Shown here in pieces: positions 8,919-17,833 of a DNA stretch of 64,000 bases. Made by a program: the position numbers and the translations under genes. The notes below the pieces were generated by a model. The model saw nothing but the letters and a program-made list of their open reading frames with translations, had not been told where the DNA came from and made no database searches. The number at the start of each line of letters is the position of its first letter. Position 1 is the first letter of the stretch. Origin of the DNA: Thermodesulfovibrionia bacterium (GTDB lineage: Bacteria; Nitrospirota; Thermodesulfovibrionia; UBA6902); assembly GCA_030646035.1 (NCBI GenBank), contig JAUSMY010000056.1:5481-69480 (forward strand), in the 5' to 3' direction.

Positions 8919-10774
8919 ATCCTCAGGTAATGGAGCCTATTGAGCTTGCTGATCTTAAAAAAGGGATACGTGTTCCTGAAGTTGATTTTGAGAAGTGGCT
9001 GCAAGCTCACGACTGGACATGGCATCAGCTCGCAAGGAACGAATTCCCTATGCCGTTTGAAAGCCTTGATCAATTCCAATTAGCCTGTATATGTGCAGAT
9101 CCTGTCTTATGGGTGCAGGCATTTCTGAGAGAGCCTGAGGATCCTGACCACAAGGAACCTTACAACCTTTTTGATTATCAGATAGAGTCACTGAGATATC
9201 CCGGGCATGCTATTCATGCTGATGCTGCCGAGGTTGGTAAAACAAGAGAGATCGTTGCCCTTGGTCTTCAGAAAGGGTTTACCACGCAAAACGGCTCCGG
9301 TCTGATCGGAGCTCCGATGCAGTCTCACCTTGACGAGATCATCGAGGCGATGGATGACCAGTTTACCTGGAACCCTGATCTTGGAGCCTGTAGGTGGCAC
9401 AGACGCCATAAGGACGGCTGGAAGAAACACCCGCATCATGCTTTTTACTTTACAAATGGTTTCAAGATCGATTTCAAGCCTTCAGGCGACAAAGGAATGG
9501 CATACAGGGGAGTGCATGCAAGGACCTTTGCATTTAAGGATGAAGGAGTGAAGGACAAAAACCCTGCGCAGTGGTCTGAGTTCTGGAGGGCGGTAAAGCC
9601 AAACTGTATCGTCAGGCTTTATTCCGTGCTGGATGGTGACCGCTCCTGTGATTTCTATAAGCTCAAAGAGAGAGCAAAGAGCACGAAGAAGGAAGAGGAG
9701 ATGAAGATCGATTCCTTAAAAGGCGCACAGGGGCATGTGAAGAATATCAAATTCAAGCTCTTTGTATGGCCAAAGACATTAATGCCGGTACCGTACTGGA
9801 CCCCTGAGAGGAAACAGTTCTATGTTGAGCAGTACGGCGGAGAGGACTCTGCCGGTTACAAACACAATGTCATGGCGCAGGACGGCGATCCTGAGAACTC
9901 TGTCTTCCCATGGACACAGTTCGGCCTCACGATCAAGGATGTCCCGGATTATCGATGTCTTAAGGTTCTTGTTGATTCAGGCAACAATGAGGTCATTGTT
10001 AACGGCTATAAGTGCGAGTATGTCCCAGGTGATGACGGTCCGGTGCCGAGGGTGATATCTCTTATTGATGAAACATACAAGGCATCGACCTTCTTTGATT
10101 TTAATGATGATAACGAATCGGAGTTCAGAAAGCTGATCAAGAGCTTTTTTATCTCGATCCCCGGCCTTAAGCGCGGCGGCGGTGACTTTGGTTTCAGCGG
10201 TGATCCTACTGAGTTATTAATAAAGAGCATCATCGGGAAAAAGGAACGGACAGTCGCACGTCTTCAGCTGAAGCATGTTACATATGACCAGCAATGCCAG
10301 GCGATTGATGCCATGGATGATGTTTACGGCCCCATCGAATCGATAATGTGGGGAACTGACTTTGGCAATGCCGGTTCAGCTGTTACTCATATACTTCAGG
10401 GTGAGCCCAGATACAGGCATAAGAATTACAGTCACAGGTTGAAAGGTTTTATGTTTGAATCAACGGCTGACAATATCAATGAGGCCGGCGAGCCGATAAT
10501 CGAGACAAAGACACAGAAGCCGGCAACGATAACGCTCAAGGAACTGGCAACAGATATCCTGGTCCAAAAGATGCAAAGGCAGGAGCTTGAATATCCTCCT
10601 GACCCTGATATGGTTTTGTTTTACCCAAACCATACGGTCAGACAGGGAGGAAAGCACCGCATATACAAAAAAGAAGATGATCATATTATTGACGCTGACA
10701 GGGTGCAGATATTGGCAAAGCTCTTTTCGGCAATGGTGGAAGACTATTTTTCATCCGGGAGTAATGTCCGATGA
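8915..10774 (+). CDS. Terminase large subunit
   Basis: LFDYQ Q-motif, AAEVGKT Walker A, FAFKDE Walker B, GGGDFG and DDHIIDA RNase H-like nuclease acidic residues. Confidence 0.85.
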   Translation: MNPQVMEPIELADLKKGIRVPEVDFEKWLQAHDWTWHQLARNEFPMPFESLDQFQLACICADPVLWVQAFLREPEDPDHKEPYNLFDYQIESLRYPGHAIHADAAEVGKTREIVALGLQKGFTTQNGSGLIGAPMQSHLDEIIEAMDDQFTWNPDLGACRWHRRHKDGWKKHPHHAFYFTNGFKIDFKPSGDKGMAYRGVHARTFAFKDEGVKDKNPAQWSEFWRAVKPNCIVRLYSVLDGDRSCDFYKLKERAKSTKKEEEMKIDSLKGAQGHVKNIKFKLFVWPKTLMPVPYWTPERKQFYVEQYGGEDSAGYKHNVMAQDGDPENSVFPWTQFGLTIKDVPDYRCLKVLVDSGNNEVIVNGYKCEYVPGDDGPVPRVISLIDETYKASTFFDFNDDNESEFRKLIKSFFISIPGLKRGGGDFGFSGDPTELLIKSIIGKKERTVARLQLKHVTYDQQCQAIDAMDDVYGPIESIMWGTDFGNAGSAVTHILQGEPRYRHKNYSHRLKGFMFESTADNINEAGEPIIETKTQKPATITLKELATDILVQKMQRQELEYPPDPDMVLFYPNHTVRQGGKHRIYKKEDDHIIDADRVQILAKLFSAMVEDYFSSGSNVR

Positions 10775-12963
10775 TATTAAAAGCAGACGGCACGATCTAT
10801 GAGAGTAAAGCCGCGCCTGATGGAATAATCGCTATCTCACAGTTACGTCATAGCAGCCCTCAGGGTCCCATGACCGACTGGTTTAATAATTATGTCTTCA
10901 GAAAGATAGCAGGCGAGTTTTATGAGGTGCTCAGGGAAGGTATCCCAATAATTGATGCCGCCATTTCGCGGCTCATATCTCTTGAGGGGACGATCAAGAT
11001 AATCGGGGATAATGCGCAGCTTGTCAGAGAGCTTGAGGATTTTCATCGGAACATTCCTGTTGGTGATATGCAGACCGGCATAAATGCATTCCACAGAAAT
11101 ATGTCTAATGAGAAGTTTGAACAGGGCTTTGCTCTTCCTGAGATCGTAGCGACAAAAGACCTTAAAGATGTTCAGGAACTCAGGGTGCCTGACAGCAAGT
11201 ATATTATCTTCAGGAGAAACAAAGACGGCAGATCTGAACCCTGGTACCGTTATCCCGGAGACTCCCCTGCGCGGAGGCCGCAATATTATTCAACGCCTCT
11301 TAATATTATTCAGGAGATACTTACCGCCTCATACGGGCAGGCCGTTAATATTAACGGTGTAAATGAGGTGAAGCTGAATCCTGCCAATAAGATATATTTC
11401 TCCATGAACAATGAGAATACAGACCCGCACGGGGTATCTCTGATGCGCTCAATGGAGTTTTGCGCGAATATCCTTGTGACTCTTGAGAATGCGATGAAGA
11501 ACTCAGGCGACCGCTTTGGAGATCCTTCTTACCATATTCATTTGAAAGGCGCGAAGGCCGGCAACCAGACGGAGGTGGAGAGCAGAAGAAAGAAGCTTGA
11601 AGCAGATTTTACAACGGTCATAGAGACAAAGAGAGCGGGGCAGAGCGCTGATCTTGTTACAGCCGGAAGCGCAGATTCAGACGTCAGTGTATCTGTGATA
11701 GGACATGACGGACAGCTATTTAATTTTATGATACCGATCCGTCATGCAAGCGAGCAGATACTTGCAAAGACAGGCCTTGCCGCGTGGAGCGTCGGGCTTT
11801 ATTGGGGCGGAGCCGGAGGTAAAGCAAACATTGAGGCAGAGATGATGCTTGCCGATGCAAAGGTCAGAGGGGCAGAGATGCTCCCCGGATACATAAAGCT
11901 TTTTTCCACCTTCCTTCAATTAAGAGGCTATACATGGAAGAGCATTACTACTTCAGAGGATAAACCCGGGGACTGGGGTGTGGTCTTTGAAACTCCAAAC
12001 ATCCGCGACCTCGTCACAACAGCACAGGCAAGATTCCTAAATGCACAGGCAGATATGATGCAGAATAATGCCGGCATGATAGAAATCAACAGTCAAGCAA
12101 GCGTTGAAATAGGCGGCAATAAGTATCCGATAATAAAGGGTAAAACATGTGGATGTAAAAGCTATGCCGGCAAGGAATTTAAACGTCCCTTGTTTTGGCC
12201 TGACCTTGATGATCTTGAAACAAAATATGAGACAAAACTAAAAGATAAGTGGCGTGATTTTGAGAACAGGTCATACAGGATATTAAGTATCGACATGGAA
12301 GAGGTCATAAAATCTCCCGACAAATTTATTTTTACTGAGATACAAAAGAAGGATCTTGAGAAGGCGCTCGATAAATACTTAAAAGGTTTAAAGCTTGATG
12401 ACCTTCCTTATTATTATGGGCAGGCTTATTCACTCGGCTTGATAGCAGCTGCTTATGTGGTTCAGAAAGAGGATGAAGGGTTTGACCTGAAAGATATAGA
12501 TTCTATTCCTCCGCAGTCATCAATTGCGGCAGTCCCGATTCTGGACATCATAAAGAATAGAGAGATATTTGAAGATATTGTCAATTCCGGTTTTGATCTT
12601 GTAAAGGACAAAGCCACCAGCCGGATCAAGGATGAGATCATTACAGAGATAGAGAGCGCGGTAGCAGCGGGTAAAAATCCAAAGGAAGTGGCATCAATAC
12701 TTAAGGGTAAATTCAGCGATGCCAATTCAGACTGGGAGCGCCTTGCACGGAGTGAACTCTCCATGGCGGCAGAAAGGGCGAAGCTCGACGAATGGGGTGA
12801 GTGGGAGATTAAAGAGGTGGAGTTCGCTCCTGCACCTGATGCCTGCCCGATATGCAGGGCGCTTGCCGGTGATTATCCGATAGCGGACTGTCCGATACCG
12901 GTCAAAGATACACATCCAAGATGCCGGTGCAGCACAAGGCCTGCGGAGAGCGAAACGAGATAA
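10771..12963 (+). CDS. Portal protein fused to a Mu gpF-like minor head domain
   Basis: Follows terminase; DPHGVSLMR portal-like motif; C-terminal ERLARSE...ACPIC...HPRCRC gpF signature. Confidence 0.78.
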   Translation: MILKADGTIYESKAAPDGIIAISQLRHSSPQGPMTDWFNNYVFRKIAGEFYEVLREGIPIIDAAISRLISLEGTIKIIGDNAQLVRELEDFHRNIPVGDMQTGINAFHRNMSNEKFEQGFALPEIVATKDLKDVQELRVPDSKYIIFRRNKDGRSEPWYRYPGDSPARRPQYYSTPLNIIQEILTASYGQAVNINGVNEVKLNPANKIYFSMNNENTDPHGVSLMRSMEFCANILVTLENAMKNSGDRFGDPSYHIHLKGAKAGNQTEVESRRKKLEADFTTVIETKRAGQSADLVTAGSADSDVSVSVIGHDGQLFNFMIPIRHASEQILAKTGLAAWSVGLYWGGAGGKANIEAEMMLADAKVRGAEMLPGYIKLFSTFLQLRGYTWKSITTSEDKPGDWGVVFETPNIRDLVTTAQARFLNAQADMMQNNAGMIEINSQASVEIGGNKYPIIKGKTCGCKSYAGKEFKRPLFWPDLDDLETKYETKLKDKWRDFENRSYRILSIDMEEVIKSPDKFIFTEIQKKDLEKALDKYLKGLKLDDLPYYYGQAYSLGLIAAAYVVQKEDEGFDLKDIDSIPPQSSIAAVPILDIIKNREIFEDIVNSGFDLVKDKATSRIKDEIITEIESAVAAGKNPKEVASILKGKFSDANSDWERLARSELSMAAERAKLDEWGEWEIKEVEFAPAPDACPICRALAGDYPIADCPIPVKDTHPRCRCSTRPAESETR

Positions 12964-13029
12964 AGGATAAGTGGAGCTATGAGATCAACCTTGAAGACGG
13001 GGAACTATACATAACCACTGGAGGATAAT

Positions 13030-13299
13030 GTGTCTGATACCTATGTAACAGAGGAACGGTTTAAGGATTATAAATTAGCAGTAGAAAAACTTTGTGATAC
13101 AAAACACAGCCCTCTTGGAAAAGATGTTGAATGCTTATTCGATAAACTTCGCGATAAAGCGGAGAAGAGCGATCTTGATAAAAAAGCAGATCAGACGGAG
13201 GTGGAAGGTTTGAAGGATAACGTCAAGAGTATTGATAGAAAATTCTGGGCGGTGATTCTTTTAGTGATCACAACGCTTATAGCTGTAATTCTCAAGTAA
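13030..13299 (+). CDS. Small coiled-coil protein with C-terminal TM helix (lysis-region membrane protein)
   Basis: GGAGG SD, GTG start; C-terminal FWAVILLVITTLIAVILK. Confidence 0.55.
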   Translation: MSDTYVTEERFKDYKLAVEKLCDTKHSPLGKDVECLFDKLRDKAEKSDLDKKADQTEVEGLKDNVKSIDRKFWAVILLVITTLIAVILK

Positions 13300-13457
13300 T
13301 GAAGATCGGTAATGGAATAAAAGAAGTTGGGCTCAATGACATCTGTTGCAGATGCCGTGAGGTAAGTACCTGCCCCGATCTTGAAGCGATGAAGGAATTA
13401 CCGATAGTGAAGATATTATTTATGATCATCTGTAATAAAAAGGGGACTGATGAATAA
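13299..13457 (+). CDS. 52-aa Cys-containing hypothetical protein (not in ORF track)
   Basis: TAATG overlap with upstream stop; MKIGNGIKEVGLNDICCRCREVSTCPDLEAMKELPIVKILFMIICNKKGTDE. Confidence 0.45.
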   Translation: MKIGNGIKEVGLNDICCRCREVSTCPDLEAMKELPIVKILFMIICNKKGTDE

Positions 13458-13471
13458 AGGAGGATGCTGAT

Positions 13472-13927
13472 ATGGTATTGAGTGTATTCGGGACAGTGTT
13501 CGGGTTTTTGACTTCATTCGCACCTAATCTGCTGAAGTTCTGGCAGGATAAGCGGGATAAAGACCATGAGCTGAAAGTGATGGAGCTGCAGATGCAGGCT
13601 CAGGCTCAGGGACACATGGAAAGGCTTGAGGAGATTAATGCCGAGGCTGACATCGCAGAGAGCAAGGCGCTCTATCAATCTGCTCAGGTTACATTATCCG
13701 GTGTCAGCTGGGTTGATGCGACACTTACCTTTCTTAATTCCAGCGTACGCCCGATTATTACATATTCATTCTTTGGAGTTTACACATGGGTGAAGGCGGA
13801 ACAGTATGCAGTTGCAAATGATATTTCAAAGGTCTGGACAGCAGAAGACATGGCGATCTTTTGCACGATTATCAGTTTCTGGTTCGGGTCACGGAGCATG
13901 AGGTACTATTTTGGCAAGAAGTCATAG
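13472..13927 (+). CDS. Putative holin
   Basis: AAGGAGG SD; hydrophobic segments, SVRPIITY and ISFWFGSR motifs of 3TM-type holins; overlaps lysozyme gene. Confidence 0.7.
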   Translation: MVLSVFGTVFGFLTSFAPNLLKFWQDKRDKDHELKVMELQMQAQAQGHMERLEEINAEADIAESKALYQSAQVTLSGVSWVDATLTFLNSSVRPIITYSFFGVYTWVKAEQYAVANDISKVWTAEDMAIFCTIISFWFGSRSMRYYFGKKS

Positions 13928-14387
13928 AAAGACAACGCCAGCGGGGCGAAAGTTGATTAAGGATTTTGAGCAGTTTTCAACAACGCCTTATATCTGCCCG
14001 GCTGGTTATTGGACAATAGCATTCGGGCATTTAATAAGAAAAGGTGAAGTTTTCACATCTGTAACAGAAGAAGAGGGAGAGGCGATACTGGAAAAGGATT
14101 TATATACAGCAGAGAGGGCTGTCCTGAGATTAATAAGCGTGCCATTATCAGACTCACAGTTTGATGCTCTTGTATCATTTGTTTTTAACCTTGGCTCCGG
14201 CGCTTTACAGAGCAGCACGTTAAGAATGAAGATCAATCGCGGCGAATATTCTGCGGAAGTGGCGGTGCAGTTTATGCGATGGGTTTATGCCGGAGGGCGG
14301 AAATTAAATGGTCTTATTCGCAGGCGCCGGGCTGAGGCCGATATGTATTGCATGTCGGCAAATATGGGATTAAAACAGGCGGCATAA
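13911..14387 (+). CDS. Phage lysozyme (GH24 endolysin)
   Basis: IKDFE...PYICPAGYWTIAFGH, QFDALVSFVFNLG, RWVYAGG.KL.GL.RRR.AE. Confidence 0.92.
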   Translation: MARSHRKTTPAGRKLIKDFEQFSTTPYICPAGYWTIAFGHLIRKGEVFTSVTEEEGEAILEKDLYTAERAVLRLISVPLSDSQFDALVSFVFNLGSGALQSSTLRMKINRGEYSAEVAVQFMRWVYAGGRKLNGLIRRRRAEADMYCMSANMGLKQAA

Positions 14388-14416
14388 ATGGAGATGTTTC
14401 AAAGTAATTAAAAAAG

Positions 14417-14433
14417 TGACACGCTGTGGCGTG
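14417..14433. promoter_or_regulatory. 17-bp operator-like site TGACACGCTGTGGCGTG (copy 2, inverted relative to copy 1)
   Basis: Exact reverse complement of 7874-7890; 17 nt upstream of extended -10 TGTTATAAA (14451-14459). Confidence 0.65.
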
Positions 14434-14466
14434 AACTTTTCTTTTAAAGCTGTTATAAATTAAGCA

Positions 14467-14625
14467 ATGAAAGAAAAGAAGCCCGCTGAATTACCTAATG
14501 TACGGTGCAAAAAATGCGGGAAGCTATTATTCAAAGGAGAGTTTACAGAGATAGAGGTCAAATGCCCCCGCTGCAATTTCTTACAGACCTTCAGGGGTGC
14601 TCAAGCACTTAAGAAAGCAAGCTAA
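14467..14625 (+). CDS. com: Mu Com-family zinc-finger regulator, 52 aa (missed by the ORF track)
   Basis: MKEKKPAELPNVRCKKCGKLLFKGEFTEIEVKCPRCNFLQTF...; RCxxCxKLLFK...IExKCPRC closely matches phage Mu Com; ATG 7 nt after a TGnTATAAA -10, so probably leaderless. Confidence 0.85.
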   Translation: MKEKKPAELPNVRCKKCGKLLFKGEFTEIEVKCPRCNFLQTFRGAQALKKAS

Positions 14626-14641
14626 TACACCATAACCTAAA

Positions 14642-14701
14642 GAGGCACATGATGCCCGGTTCTCTGCTTAACAGTGGGGAAGCCGGGCATTTTTTATTAT
14701 G
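14642..14701 (+). promoter_or_regulatory. Hairpin plus U-tract leader element, copy 2, between com and the capsid operon
   Basis: GAGGCACATG-ATGCCCGGTTCTCTGCT-TAAC-AGTGGGG-A-AGCCGGGCAT-TTTTTATT-ATG; differences from copy 1 fall in loop, bulge or U-tract, or make G-U pairs. Confidence 0.8.
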
Positions 14702-14803
14702 GCAGACAAAAAAGGGAAGACAGACAAGATAACGCAGAAGACTTCAGATGATGCTCTGAAGGATTTTAAAAGATCCGGGATTGAAGGAACAAAGAGCAGA
14801 TGA
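14699..14803 (+). CDS. 34-aa leader ORF translationally coupled to the prohead protease gene
   Basis: MADKKGKTDKITQKTSDDALKDFKRSGIEGTKSR; ATG in the same position relative to the hairpin as the terS ATG; ATGA overlap at 14800-14803. Confidence 0.55.
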   Translation: MADKKGKTDKITQKTSDDALKDFKRSGIEGTKSR

Positions 14804-15933
14804 AGATCACAAAAAATAAGATCCTTAAATCATTCGGCGCCAAAGCGGTTATAACCACTCCTGACGATACTCAGCTTGCGATCATAAACGGATTTACAAA
14901 GAGGGTATTTACGGCTGATGAGCTTTATGTGTCCCAGATACGTCTTGCTAATAATGCCATTGACCGTGACGGGGAGCGTTTCAGTGATGAGACACTACAG
15001 GGGTTTATCGATTCCGCAGTAAAGAAGACCTGGCTGCTTGATCATGATAAGAAGGTCAGGTCAGCGATAGGCAAGATCTTCGCAGTTGAGAAAGAGAGTA
15101 TGACCATAGAGGATGCGAAGAAGATCGACGAGAACATCGAACTTCCAGCAGGCATGAAGGAAGTTATCTTTTTCTCTCCATGGATATACATTCCGAAGAA
15201 AGGCATTAGCGATCAGGACCTCATTAAGATCGAGGCCGGTATCTATGACTTTGCTTCAATAGGATTCAGCGCCGACAAGCTGGCTCCGGTCAGGGATGAT
15301 GAGGAGAATATCCTTTACTGGGAATACAAGGGTGCGGGAAAGACAAATGAGGGCTCTTATGTTTATCTCGGGGCACAATATGGCGCAGCTTCAAAGACAG
15401 CTGATGACGATAAATTCAAGCATGAGAAACAAGGAGGAATTGAAAAGATGAAGGACCTTATCAAGAAGTTTAAGGAGATTTTCCAGAAGACCCTTTCAGA
15501 AGACGGATATATTCAGGAGATCGTTGATTTCGTCAAAGGGTTGAAGGACGAGATAACTGCAAAAGAGACAACGATATCTGATCATGAAAAGAAGATCAAG
15601 GAGCTTGGGCCGATGGCTGAGATCGGGCAGAAGGTGAAGGACAAGCTTGTTGAAGACGCAGTTCATTCCTCTACGCTTTTAGGCGAGATTGATAACACGG
15701 ACGATGCCAAGAAGAAAGAGACAGATTACCTCAAAGGTTGTTCCTTTGACCGCCTTCAAAAGACGCATGACAGCCTTTTGTTTAGGGCAAAAGAGAAGTT
15801 TCCAACAGACCCGGCATTTCAGTCAAAGGACAATGAAGACAGGGATAAAACCAAATCCCCTGCCGGCAGCAGCGGAGGGGAGAGCCCTCTAATAAAGAAC
15901 GCAAAAGAAAGAGCAGGAATAACTGACAAATAA
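14800..15933 (+). CDS. Prohead protease / scaffold protein
   Basis: NAIDRDGERF, LLDHD, FASIGF, EGSYVYLGAQ protease-like motifs; charged coiled-coil C-terminal half. Confidence 0.78.
   Translation: MKITKNKILKSFGAKAVITTPDDTQLAIINGFTKRVFTADELYVSQIRLANNAIDRDGERFSDETLQGFIDSAVKKTWLLDHDKKVRSAIGKIFAVEKESMTIEDAKKIDENIELPAGMKEVIFFSPWIYIPKKGISDQDLIKIEAGIYDFASIGFSADKLAPVRDDEENILYWEYKGAGKTNEGSYVYLGAQYGAASKTADDDKFKHEKQGGIEKMKDLIKKFKEIFQKTLSEDGYIQEIVDFVKGLKDEITAKETTISDHEKKIKELGPMAEIGQKVKDKLVEDAVHSSTLLGEIDNTDDAKKKETDYLKGCSFDRLQKTHDSLLFRAKEKFPTDPAFQSKDNEDRDKTKSPAGSSGGESPLIKNAKERAGITDK
15448..15933 (+). CDS. Probable in-frame internal scaffolding protein (lambda Nu3 / Mu gpZ arrangement)
   Basis: AAGGAGG at 15431-15437 then in-frame ATG at 15448 (MKDLIKKFKE) at the protease/coiled-coil boundary. 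Confidence 0.6.
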   Translation: MKDLIKKFKEIFQKTLSEDGYIQEIVDFVKGLKDEITAKETTISDHEKKIKELGPMAEIGQKVKDKLVEDAVHSSTLLGEIDNTDDAKKKETDYLKGCSFDRLQKTHDSLLFRAKEKFPTDPAFQSKDNEDRDKTKSPAGSSGGESPLIKNAKERAGITDK

Positions 15934-15951
15934 AGTAAGGAGGCCATTGCA

Positions 15952-16749
15952 ATGAAGCTGACAAAAAGAGAGAAGAGGAAGTTTTCACTTATGGGGTTGA
16001 TCGTGATTACCCTCATCATGGTTATGGGGATCGGGATTGTCGGAGTGGTTGCGCCTAAAGCGCTTGCCGTTTTGCCGCTTATAGGTATCGCACTTGGGAT
16101 TGCCTATGCAGAGGGCAATTATCTGAGCGATGTTTTACTGAAGGAGGCTGATGATAGGGTCTCCCGGGAGAAAGTGACGGTCATATCAGGACAGAATCTT
16201 TTAATCGGCGCAATAGTCGGGAAGATCACAAAAGCGCTTGGGGCGATCACAGCTGATGCAGACAACACCGGTAATGGAACATGTACAGGCGTTACGATGG
16301 GGGCTGACGCATTGCTCGGCACTTATACGATTGAATGCATTACTGCTGTTGAAAATGGCGGGAAATTCAAGGTTATAAACCCACTCGGCAATGCCTTGCC
16401 GGATGCAACTGTTGCAGTTGCTTATGTGAACGATCAGATTAATTTTACAGTCAATGACGGAGCCACGGACTTTATCGTTGGTGATAAGTTCACTATCGTT
16501 GTTGGTGCCGGCAGCGGGAAGGTCACACAGCTTGCTCCTGCCGCGATTAACGGCTCACAGAATGCTTACGGCATGCTGACATCTGCGATTGATGCAAGTT
16601 CCGCAGATGTGGAAGGAGTAGCTATCGTCAGAGATGCCGTGCTAAAGAGTTTGGGTATCGTATGGCCGGCGGGCATAACGGAACCACAAAAGGCTGCTGC
16701 ATTGGCAGAGCTTGAAGCAAAACTTGTTACCACAAGGGAGGGGGTATAA
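15952..16749 (+). CDS. Head decoration protein (lambda gpD-like) with hydrophobic N-terminal extension and internal insertion
   Basis: EGNYLSDVL...SREKVTV.SGQNL..G.I.GKIT and NGSQNAYG.L...DA...AIVRDA...WPAGIT..QKAAALAEL; lies between protease and capsid genes. Confidence 0.75.
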   Translation: MKLTKREKRKFSLMGLIVITLIMVMGIGIVGVVAPKALAVLPLIGIALGIAYAEGNYLSDVLLKEADDRVSREKVTVISGQNLLIGAIVGKITKALGAITADADNTGNGTCTGVTMGADALLGTYTIECITAVENGGKFKVINPLGNALPDATVAVAYVNDQINFTVNDGATDFIVGDKFTIVVGAGSGKVTQLAPAAINGSQNAYGMLTSAIDASSADVEGVAIVRDAVLKSLGIVWPAGITEPQKAAALAELEAKLVTTREGV

Positions 16750-16752
16750 ACC

Positions 16753-17766
16753 ATGTTTGTCAACTTAGCGAAAGATCCTGCATTTAATGTCGCCTCACTT
16801 TCACAGGCGATAAACATCCTGCCGAATAACTACGGCAAAGTGAGAGAGATGAACCTCTTCCCGTTCAAGGGAGTGAGGACGAGAGTTATATATGTTGAAG
16901 AACAGAATGGCGTTCTCAACTTATTGCAGACACAGCCGATCGGGGCGCCGGGAGATGCCGGAATAAGCGGCAAGCGTAAAGTGAGGTCATTTGTAATACC
17001 TCATATCCCGCATGACGATGTTGTGCTTCCTGAAGAAGTTGAAGGCGTCAGGGCATTCGGCGCTGAACAGGATGTGCTCAAGACCATAGCAGATGCAGTC
17101 AATGAGAAACTTCAGAGCATGAAGAATAAGCATTCCATAACGCTTGAGCATCTGCGCATGGGTGCTCTCAAGGGGATAATCCTTGATGCCGACGGTTCAA
17201 CCCTCTACAACCTCTATACCGAGTTTGAGATAGAGGCCAAGGAGATAGATTTTGTTCTCGGCACTGCAACCACAAAGGTCATCAACAAGTGCAATGAGCT
17301 TGCGAGACATCTTGAAAAGAATCTTAAGGGTGAGGTCATGAACGGAATACATGCCTTCGTGTCTCCTGAGTTCTTTGACAAGCTGACGAATCATGCGACA
17401 GTCAAAGAAGCATATGCCAGATGGCAGAACGGCGAGGCGCTCCGGTCTGACATGAGAAAGGGTTTCAGGTTCGGCCCGATCATGTTTGAGGAGTATATCG
17501 GTGAAGCGACCGACAAGGCCGGTAACGTAAGGAAGTTCATCACGGCTGAAGAAGGGCATGCGTTCCCGACAGGGACGAATGACACATTCAAGACCTTCTG
17601 TGCTCCTGCTGACTTTAATGAGACCGTCAATACCATTGGCCAGCCGATCTACGCCAAGATCTCAGAGCGTAAGCATGGGAGAGGCTATGATCTCCATACA
17701 CAGAGCAACCCGCTGCCGCTCTGTGCAAGGCCGGGAGTCCTTGTGAAGGTCAAGTCAAGCAATTAA
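16753..17766 (+). CDS. Major capsid protein (lambda gpE family)
   Basis: AINILPNNYG, KRKVRSFVIPHIPHDD, ITLEHLRMGALKG.ILDADG, APADF.ETVNT.G, TQSNPLPLC.RP. Confidence 0.92.
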   Translation: MFVNLAKDPAFNVASLSQAINILPNNYGKVREMNLFPFKGVRTRVIYVEEQNGVLNLLQTQPIGAPGDAGISGKRKVRSFVIPHIPHDDVVLPEEVEGVRAFGAEQDVLKTIADAVNEKLQSMKNKHSITLEHLRMGALKGIILDADGSTLYNLYTEFEIEAKEIDFVLGTATTKVINKCNELARHLEKNLKGEVMNGIHAFVSPEFFDKLTNHATVKEAYARWQNGEALRSDMRKGFRFGPIMFEEYIGEATDKAGNVRKFITAEEGHAFPTGTNDTFKTFCAPADFNETVNTIGQPIYAKISERKHGRGYDLHTQSNPLPLCARPGVLVKVKSSN

Positions 17767-17787
17767 TAAACTCAGAAAAGATCGCTG

Positions 17788-17821
17788 AAAGGGGCGGGCG
17801 GTTTACCGCCTGCCCTTTTTT
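17788..17821 (+). terminator. Intrinsic terminator after the capsid gene
   Basis: GGGCGGGCGG-TTTA-CCGCCTGCCC followed by TTTTTT. Confidence 0.75.
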
Positions 17822-17833
17822 ATTGAGGATTAA

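Noticed and set aside
14467-14803. A mom-like DNA modification gene expected after com
   Set aside because: The following ORFs are a 34-aa peptide and the prohead protease; no acetyltransferase or methyltransferase is visible in the prophage portion of the window.
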